Source of the DNA: Paraspadella gotoi
Taxonomy: Eukaryota; Animalia; Chaetognatha
Length of the DNA stretch: 64,000 bases
Assembly (NCBI GenBank): GCA_051294375.1
Contig: CM119271.1
Location: forward strand, 9,042,120 to 9,106,119
Reading direction: 5' to 3'
Program-made: the position numbers and the translations under genes
Shown here: positions 54,759 through 64,000 of the stretch, one piece after another
How the letters are laid out: each line of letters starts with the position of its first letter
How positions within the stretch are numbered: position 1 is the first letter of the stretch
Notes under the pieces: generated by a model
Database searches by the model: none
Seen by the model: only the letters and a program-made list of their open reading frames with translations
What the model was told of the DNA's origin: nothing

Positions 54759-57700
54759 ATGACGCACGATGGCGTTACTATTAGCCTGCCCCTCGGTGCT
54801 ACGGAGTCCCCGGGAACGCTGGTGCCGGAAGACGGAAGGAAGTCACCACTCCCATCTCTTCCTTTCCGAGTTTGGAGCGCGGACAGAAAGGTGAAGAAAT
54901 CTCTCGCCGCCAAAACTTTCGCTGATGTTTTACTCAATGGAGCGAGGAAGTTAGGAGTCTCAGGTGGGTCCAACTTTAGCTGTATTCATTATTATACATA
55001 TTGAATAATTGATATTTAAATCTGCCAATCATCATTATCAATAAAACCTTTTCTTCTGTTTGTGCTATTCGCGTTTGTGGTAACGGCTTTTAATTTTTTT
55101 ATAGTTTGAGCATTATCGGCCCGTTAATAACTCAATATGGGTGTAAAAAGTAAAAACCAAATTTTCTCTCGTCCTCGAGTTGTCCTGCACGAAGTCCATT
55201 GGGATTACTCATTTACAATTATACGAAATTACACTTCCCCGACTCTGTGACCCGCCCCCTCCAAAGATATTACATTACCTAGGAAGCCGCTATAAAAAAA
55301 GAAGCCAGTGACTTTTTTCTTATATTTTTATATCGATAGATGTGGAATGACGGGAATATTGTAAATCTCAGTTTCGCTTTAATCGGACCTCACATTATGG
55401 AGAAATCTTAGGAAACCCATCAAAATTCCACCCCTTTTTTTCAACATTCTCGCCTTTTAAGATTTTCGCCGATTCTGATTCCTCTTACAAACTTATAATT
55501 TCGATAGTTAATTTTTTTTTTCTTAACGAGCGAAGGGAATCTACAACTTTCTGTTATTTATGATTTCTGGGAAAAATATAAATACATTAAATTAGGATAT
55601 TATGAAGTGTAATATCTTATAAAGCCTGTGAGAGTTAAATAATTAAAAAAATTGCTTATTTTATTATTGAAAATAACATCAAAGTGAAGAAGTTGAATGG
55701 CTTCCGGCTCCTTTCAGTAAACATCCCTGTTCTCTTCAATAAGATAATGTTTATTTTTTGCTGGTGGAAAAGAAGGATAAATACTTAGGCTGTGATGGGG
55801 TAAATATATTTTGTAGAATTTTGTAAGCATGCCTGTAAAATCAGACAAGCAAATATATTAAGTGACAAAAAATTCACATTTTCTTTATTCAAAAATTTAA
55901 AGTTTTACTAGAGTACAATTTAGCCTTTTTTCTTTCAGAATCATAAAAAGAATTAAATTTTCATTTATTCTTATGGGTGTCATTAGTTTTTAATTCATTA
56001 CAATTTTGACTATTTTTGACACTCACCCTGTAAGGAGGTTTCAGCATAAGTAATTCTAAAATTGAATCTTGTATGTGCTCTATGATTATGGCTTCATTTT
56101 GGTACTATTGCCATCCCTTTATCTTTATTCCTTCAAAAGATATTAGGAAAAATCAGTTTTTTTCTCAACCTTCCTTTTAATTTCTTTTTAAATAAAAATT
56201 TCGCGATTCAAACTGGACTATTTCATTTAAACCTGATCATTTTATGTCAAAATCATTATAAAATGAAAAAGAAAAATAGGACAATCTTTCAGACACAAAG
56301 CTATCAGAATCGCAAAATTCGAAGTCGATCATGTAACAAGAACATATAGCAATCCCGTTTGCAATTTTAAGTTTGTAAACTTTCCCTTTCATTTCTATAG
56401 TAAAAATGAGGTTTGAAAATTCTTCGGAGATGAGTAGTGCATTTCCCCTGGCTTGTTTGATATTAAATCCTTTATCAAATGCCATAAAACGAATAGGACA
56501 AGCTCTTCAGATGTAACGCTCTCGGAATCGTGCGTTTTTACAAGTGTTTTTTAACCGAATTTCTGGCAAACGCGTTTGCAATTTGGGTAGTCAGATTTGA
56601 ACGGAATTCTCTATTAGAAAAATGTTGAATTTTTTTTTAAGCGAGATTCTCGTCTACATTACCTTTTGACAGATTCCGACCGGTGCAATATCGTTTTGGA
56701 AGAATGTGGTACTCTCGTCGAGGACGATGACTATCTTAGGTTAGTGAATCTTTCACACTTTTTCAATCTTCATATGATGAGCGGGGTTTTTAATGAAGGT
56801 TTAAGCGGGGTTTTTAACTTTTTAATGAAGGAGTGCATCGCCTAAAATTTAGCTTTCAACTATAACAACAGCTAACTTCTTATTACCCACTCTCGTATGA
56901 AACTCGGCCTTCGACTTAGGTTTTAAATTGTTAAATTCGGGGACATGCTACCTTGTGACCTCGCATGCACCCTGGCAAAGCCATTTAGTTTGGGGTATTG
57001 TCAGATCTCCGCCGACGAGAAGACAAGCTATTGCAAGCTTTATCGCGATCACGCTGTTCGCGATATAGACGGAGGACCTCTAACTCGCTCTTACTAAAAT
57101 CGCTCTCCTCATCATCTGTCTGGATGATTCGGTAGCGATCATCTCTCTTGAATCGTCTCGGTAATTACCTCTATTGCCGAAACTGCGACTATCATGAGAA
57201 CGGTAAGGACTATCATAACGATGGTCATTACGGTAACTACCATCACGTTCATCCCTGAAATCGGAGTTAAAATTTTCAACTTGAACAGTTAACTCACGGC
57301 CCTTAATAACTCCATATGGGTGTAAAAAGAAAAACCAAATTTTCTCTCTCCTCGAGTTGTCTGCACGAAGTCCATTGGATTACTCATTTACAATTATACG
57401 AAATTACACTTCCCCGACTCTGATGACCCGCCCCCCTCCAAAGATATTACATTACCTAGAAGCCGCTATAAAAAAAGAAGCAGTGACTTTTTTCTTATAT
57501 TTTTATATCAGTAGATGTGGAATGACGGAATATTGTAAATCTTCAAGTTCGCTTTAATCGGACCTCACATTATGGAGAAATCTTAGAAACCCATCAAAAT
57601 TCCACCCCTTTTTTTCAACATTCTCGCCTTTTAAGATTTTCGCGATTCTGACTTCCTCTTACAAACTTATAATTTCCGATAGTTTAATTTTTTTTTCTTA

Positions 57701-60700
57701 AACGAGCTGAAGGGAATCTACAACTTTCTGTATTTATGATCTGGAATTAAAAATCATTACATAGATAGAAGTGTAATATCTTATAAGCCTGTGAGAGTTA
57801 AATAATTAAAAAATTTGCTTATTTTATATTGAAAACATAACATCAAAGTGAAGAAGTTGAAATGGCTTCCGGCTCCTTTCAGTAAACATCCCTGTTCTCT
57901 TCATAGATAATGTTTATTTTTTGCTGGTGGAAAAGAAGGATAAATACTTTAGGCTGTGATGGGGTAAATATATTTTGTAGAATTTTGTTAAGCATGCCCT
58001 GTAAAATCAGACAAGCAAATTATTAAGTGACAAAAAATTCACATTTCTTTATTCAAAAAGTTTAAAGTTTACTAAGTACAATTTAGCCTTTTTTCTTTCA
58101 GAATCATAAAAAAAAGAATTAAATTTTCATTTATTCTTATGGGGTGTCATTAGTTTTAAATTCATTACAATTTTGACTTATTTTGACACTCACCCTGTAC
58201 AAGGAGGTTCAGCATAGTAATTCTAAATTGAATCTTGTATGTGCTCTATGATTATGGCTTCATTTTGGTACTATTGCCATCCCTTTATCTTTATTCCTTC
58301 AAAAGATATTAGGAAAAATCAGTTTTTTTCTCAACCTTCCTTTTAATTTCTTTTTTAAATAAAAATTTCGCGATTCAAAACTGGACTATTTCATTTAAAC
58401 CTGATCATTTTAGTCAAAATCATTATAAAATGAAAAAAGAAAAATAGGACAACTCTTCAGACACAAAGCTATCAGATCGCAAAATTCGAAGTCGACTCAT
58501 GTAACAGAACATATAGCAATCCCGTTTGCAATTTTAAGTTTGTTAAACTTTCCCTTTCATTTCTATAGTAAAAAGTGAGGTTTGAAAATTCTTCGGAGAT
58601 GAGTAGTGCATTTCCCCTGGCTTGTTTGATATTAAATCCTTTATCAAATGCCATAAACGAATAGGACAAGCTCTTCAGATGTAACGCTCTCGAATCGTGC
58701 GTTTTTACAAGTGTTTTTAACCGAATTTCTGGCAAACGCTTTTGCAATTTGGGTAGTCAGATTTGAACGGAATTCTCTATTAGAAAAATGTTTGAATTTT
58801 TTTTAAGCGAGATTCTCGTCTAACATTACCTTTTGATCAGATTCCGAGCCGTGCAATATCGTTTTGGAGAATGTGGTACTCTCGTCGAGGACGATGACTA
58901 TCTTAGGTTAGTGAATCTTTCACACTTTTTCAATCTTTTCATATGATGAGCGGGGTTTTTAATGAAGGTTTTAAGCGGGGTTTTTAACTTTTTAATGAAG
59001 GAGTGCATCGCTAAAATTAGCTTTCAACTTATAACAACAGCTAACTTCTTATTACCACTCTCGTATGAAACTCGGCCTTCGACTTAGGTTTTTAAATTCG
59101 TTAAATTCGGGGACAGCCTACCGTTGTGACCTCGCATGCACCTGGCAAAGCCATTTAGTTTGGGGTATTGTCAGATCTCCGCCGACGAGAAGACAAGCTA
59201 TTGCAAGCTTTATCGCGATCACGCTGTTCGCGATATAGACGGAGGACCTCTAACTCGCCTTACTAAAATCGCTCTCCTCATCATCTGTCTGGATGATTCG
59301 GTAGCGATCATCTCTCCTTGAATCGTCTCGGTAATTACCTCTATTGCCGAAACTGCGACTATCATGAGAACGGTAAGGACTATCATAACGATGGTCATTA
59401 CGGTAACTACCATCACGTTCATCCCTGAAATCGGAGTTAAAATTTCAACTTGAAACAGTTAACTCACTAACGGCATTCTCTAAGATCCGTAAACGATCAT
59501 CCTCCATCGCAGCGCCAGTAAAAGCCACCGATTTTGAATCCTTTGCCATTTTGTCATCATCTCTACTTGAGTCATGTGGAACATCTGCGCAACTTGTTTC
59601 GCATGCCCTATCGTTCGCTTCTCCAGTCCACAACCGAGATCAATCGCGTTGCGGTAAGGCTTTTCCAAAGCAGCGCGAAAAGTAAAGAAATCTCGCCAGC
59701 TTTTTTGTTTTCTTATTTGAAATTTTATCATGTTTATTCACAAAGGTAATGACACGGGAAAGCCTAGAGCATGAAACGATTCTTCACCATCCCATTTTAT
59801 GATCTTTTTCTTTGCCAAAAGTTGTATGTGTCCTGAGGTCAAAAACAAGGCCAATCAACTCTATTGTTTAGCTCAGCCGAATAATTCCCTTTAGTCTTTT
59901 TGCTTGTATATTTGTCTGGCTGGCGCATCCAATGCATCCGCGTCAGAAGCGGCAACCAGTTCATTAAAAACTGAGATCGTTTTTTCCTCTGTGGATGGGT
60001 TAGTTGCAAGAACGACTGCCATTCTCAAACAGATTGATCCACTCTTCAAAAATCATCTTTTGAAGAATTGAAGGTTTCTACTCCAATAGTGGAAGCAGCA
60101 CGGTTAGACACATTTTTTTCCGCTGAAAATTGTCATAGAGTTATGAAAAGGTGTCATTCTTTTCGTATTTTAGAGCTATACACAATGAAAGCATTTATAA
60201 TGCATTTTTTTAAATATCTCGCCTTTCCCGGAGGCGTTAAAGTGCCACGGGCGTCAAAATAATTGATTTTCAGCAATTTTTTTTTATTTTTTTAGATAAT
60301 TATAAAAATAAGGATAAAATTTGTATTACCTGTTATACTTAAATGTTACCCAAAATATTTAATCGTAATTTAAACAACCTCAAACCGTTATTAAGAATTT
60401 TTAATAATAATAATAAAACTGGAAGTTAAATTATTAGCATGATCACAGATTCAAATAATTTTAATTGCTACAAGAAAAATGGCAAAGACCAAGTTTTAAA
60501 AAGTAAAAATAATGTATTCGTAACAAAAGTTTTATAGCAAAAAAATCAGTATATGAGGGATATAGATGAGATCATGTGACAAAATGGGCGTAACCGTTTT
60601 CAAGTTTAAAACTATTACTTTGGGATGGTCGCGGTTGATTCATATCAATTGCCTGCAAAAATCCTGAAGTTTGCTCAAGATTATTGGGAATTGCAAAGGT

Positions 60701-63700
60701 CATGGCACTTGCAAACTTGACCTAAACGCTCAGTGGCTTCATTGAGCAGAGAAAATCTGTTTAAAAAGGTGACGAAAGCTTGGAAATTTGAATTGTCTTT
60801 CCATTCATTCGACGGCTCAAATCGTGTAAGCATGGAAGAATTTTTATGTTTCATTTATATTTCATTTTACCAAATTGTTAAAACAAATATTGGAACTGAA
60901 AAAACAAGCAAGACTATTTGGTTATAAATTCTTCCAGATGACTATCATCGTACATACAAGGCATTGCCTGTTTTCCCCATTTCAAAACAAATATTGCCAT
61001 TTTAAGAGCCGCCACCATTGCCTTTCATTGCATTGCGTTGATTTTTTCAGAGGGGAGAGCGCATCCGCCATGATGTACATGTAAAATGACAATGGTGACA
61101 TAAACTTTTTGCTGGGGCTCAGAGCTAAAACAGCACAAGAAATAAGCATATTCAGGATATAAATACAAGAACGCGCTTAAACAAATATTGATTGTTTATA
61201 TTTTTAAACACTTTTACAAAAGTAAATTTAAAGCGATGAACTACATAGAGAGTTTGTCCTACAGGTCATTTCAAGAAAAATTTTTCAGAAGTTAAAGGTT
61301 TCCTGGAGATGAGATATTATTACGATCAATAAAACTTTTTTTTTAAATTTACTTTTGTAAGATTTAACTTGGTCATATGAACTTCTTTACGGATCTCAGC
61401 AATAAGTGAGAGCAAAGAAAAACCATTTTCATGACAACTTTTACTGTGACAACAATATCTCGTAAAAGGAGAAAAATGTTGTCGGTTGATAGACATGCCC
61501 GATCAGCAGCACTGATGGCTGACCATATTCACTCTTGCTGCTTTAATGTAACTGTAATAGTTTCTGGCATTTTTCCATGTTTAGTGTTCGGTATAATGTC
61601 AGCATCTTAGATTGTAGTGATTAAATCTCTGGATCTTTTATGACATATGATGGTATTTCAAGGTTTTCTTCCCGTAATCATAAAAGCTTGATATTTATTA
61701 TAAAAAACTTTTAAAAAAATATTTTACAATACGTTTAAATTTAAGATGTTTTAAAATTAAATCCAGTCTCACTGTTTTTCTCATCACATCTTTTCCTTGA
61801 CAAGCCTGTTCTTCCTCATTTCAAGCGTGAGTCCGGTCAAATCATACTTGATTCCAGTCATGCGCTCCGAATTTTACAAATTGAAGTAAATATGAACTAA
61901 TTCTGCATTTCGTCCCGGGTATCTATCTTTTTCTCATCTTTTGCAAATGACTTATAAAATTTAAAATATTTTTTAGCTTTCATATATTTTTTTTGGGGAA
62001 AAATTCCTAAATTGAAATTTTTATGAAAATAACGCGAGTCATTTCCGGTCTGTGGCATTTTTCCGGTTTAAAGATACTGATACAATGCAAATACAAATCT
62101 ATAAAGATTTTTTTATTGGAATAACCTAATAAATCATAACATATTATGAAAAATTATTTAAAATTAGCTATTATAACAAGAAAATAAAGAAAATTATCAA
62201 AAATCGATAAATTTGACGCTCGTGGCACTTTGACGCCCCTGGGAGAGGCGAGAAGTATTTAAAAAATCTTTGAAAGGTTTTTTTCTTAAAGAATGTTTAA
62301 ATACGAAAAGAATGACACATTTTGAAGACTCTATGACCATTTTCAGCGGAAAAAAATGTGTCTAAGCACGGTCCATTTGGGACACAGCCATCTCGTAAAA
62401 AGATCAGCTTTTCCAAGATAGATCACACAAGGAAGAATTAGAGGAGGGGGGAGATTTATATGGCCAGTTGAGGGGGCAAGGGCTTCCCTCTACCGCTAAA
62501 ATAACGGAGGAGGCAAGGGTCTGAAAACGTAGACGTCACACCGAAATAAAATTAAAAGTTGGAATATCCACGAAAAAAGTTTTTGAAAGCAAATTTTGGA
62601 GAAAAAGTTAAAGTTCTTCACAGTAGCACATCGTCGGGGTTTCAAAACAAAGGTCGACCAAACTCAATCCAGAATCCAAACGAAACGAGAGTAAAGGTTA
62701 TCAATAGGCTAAGTTGATTACACGTCGAGCTAAGTCAGGGGGTCACGATCCGCCAGGAGTTGATCTAGCACTCTCCATCTACTTGTACCCACAAGAAGTA
62801 AGAACAGCTCTGACGCAGAATAAAACGAAGACCGTTTGATTGAAAAAGGTAAGGGACTGCCTAGGACTTATTAGGGGGGATATTGGGGTGCGCCACAAAT
62901 GCCGCAGAGGCGGACTTACGGCCATGTGACGAAGTCGTGCCACGTGAGGATAGCAAAGCACGTTTCTACCTCCGACTTCAAAAGACAGCAGATGATATGA
63001 GCCAACAGTAGAACTCAAGCTCTTTCGGTTGGTGCGATCAAGTGAGAACACGATAGCCAAGCGTCGCAGGTTACCCAGGCATAGGCATCAGCCGAAACGA
63101 GCTACCAAAGGTAATGACTGTTCGTGAATGGATCAACAGGGACCAGATGATCAAAGCGCTCAACTTTAAGAATCAGCTAAAAGCACTCCAGATTGTCGCT
63201 AGAGCATCTGCCGATGAAAAATGATGAAAAGAGCCGTTGTCTTCACAGACTGTTCAAAACCCTAAAGAGAATGGGCCGATTAAATTGAACAGAACTGCTG
63301 ATGGAATTTATGGTGGGTACCTCCTCGGAAGTGCCTCAGAATCACCTGACAGACTTAAGGGTGACGAAGCATCCGCACCAAACAAGGTGTGGACGAGGGG
63401 GGGGGATATTCCCGGGATTCTGACACAAAAAGTGAACTGGACGATGCACCAGTGATGAGCGGGGTTTTCCGTTGGTCGCTCACCCTTCTGAGAGTATCTA
63501 TATCGTAGGATTTAATGAGTCGTTAGAAATCAAGAACTGGGGGTAAGCAAAAGGTAAGCATCGGTTAACGATAGAAACAGCAATGATATCTCAGGTAAGC
63601 TCGGCCTAGCCACTATTCAAATAACATGAAACGCATAAACCAATAACTATATATATAAAAACCCCGACGATGGCCAACTAACGTTAATGCGATCTGTATT

Positions 63701-63965
63701 AAATAGAATCATGATTAATCAAAGCATTGAAATAACAATGAACTGTATTGTTTATAAATAAATATCGATTGTTTATATTTTTAAAGACTTTTACAAAAGG
63801 TAAATAAGGTCGACGGACCACGACGAGAGTTTATGTCCAACACATATATGATCACAATTTTCTCTCGATCGAAACGCAGGCTGCTGCCCGCCAACACCAT
63901 ATTGATGATTCTCCGGCCGTCAGAGAAGTGGCTTCCGTCGCGACCTGAGGACGGACCAAATAACA
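54759..63965 (+). CDS. CIDE-N (CAD/ICAD N-terminal) domain protein, DFFA/Drep-like; continues beyond the window
   Basis: Exon 1 PFRVWSADRKVKKSLAAKTFADVLLNGARKLG, exon 2 (~56673-56739) CNIVLEECGTLVEDDDYLR, exon 3 (~63880-63965) LLPANTILMILRPSEKW: typical CIDE-N motifs, frame-compatible. Confidence 0.85.
57298..59467 (+). other. Tandem duplicate of ~55120-57297 (CIDE-N exon 2 copy frameshifted); probable assembly artefact
   Basis: ~2.17-kb direct repeat differing mainly by scattered 1-bp indels. Confidence 0.7.
58944..63842 (-). mobile_element. Internally deleted LTR retrotransposon relic in CIDE-N intron 2
   Basis: 4-bp TSD CATA (58940-58943 / 63843-63846). Complete 390-bp TG...CA LTR at 63453-63842 followed on the minus strand by PBS TGGTGCATCG. 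Other LTR reduced to tgatgagcggggtttt. Frameshifted gag-like text MAVSQMDRAASTIGVETFNSSKDDF/EEWINLFE once the nested hAT is removed; no pol seen. Confidence 0.75.
60105..62364 (-). mobile_element. hAT-superfamily DNA transposon (degraded) nested in the gag relic
   Basis: Termini TAGACAC...GTGTCTA, imperfect TIRs of ~200+ bp, exact 8-bp TSD AGCACGGT (60097-60104 / 62365-62372). Minus-strand transposase-like scraps such as WKDNSNFQAFVTFLNRFSLLNEATERLG. Confidence 0.8.
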
Positions 63966-64000
63966 GGTTTCGGAAAAAAAAATGTCAGACTGAATATGAT

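Noticed and set aside
59219-59422. Hydrophobic minus-strand ORF as a membrane protein
   Set aside because: Alternative frame of an R/D/S-rich low-complexity segment of the gag relic.

Overview
Eukaryotic (invertebrate animal-like) genomic window with GC-rich exons, short AT-rich GT-AG introns and four N gaps. The first ~31 kb is gene-dense and every gene I could model is on the + strand: the 3' end of an unknown gene, DUS3L, TBC1D23, a two-Ig single-pass membrane protein, an orphan with (VQQSQS)n repeats and a microexon, a multi-copy RFamide/KFamide neuropeptide precursor, an unknown protein, a kinesin-14 (KIFC3-like) and a 51-aa single-pass membrane smORF. From 31 to 64 kb it is mostly nested mobile DNA around a short coiled-coil gene, HTATIP2/TIP30 and a CIDE-N gene. 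The mobile DNA comprises two tail-to-tail Helentron/DINE-1-like elements inside one MITE, a 145-bp retroposed insert with a minimal hammerhead-like core, tRNA-derived SINEs, a ~2.2-kb foldback palindrome built from TTAGGG-type repeats, and a Gly-primed LTR retroelement relic that itself contains a hAT element. Two near-identical duplications rich in 1-bp indels are probably assembly artefacts. All gene models were spliced by eye, so boundaries are approximate, and no database searches were run.
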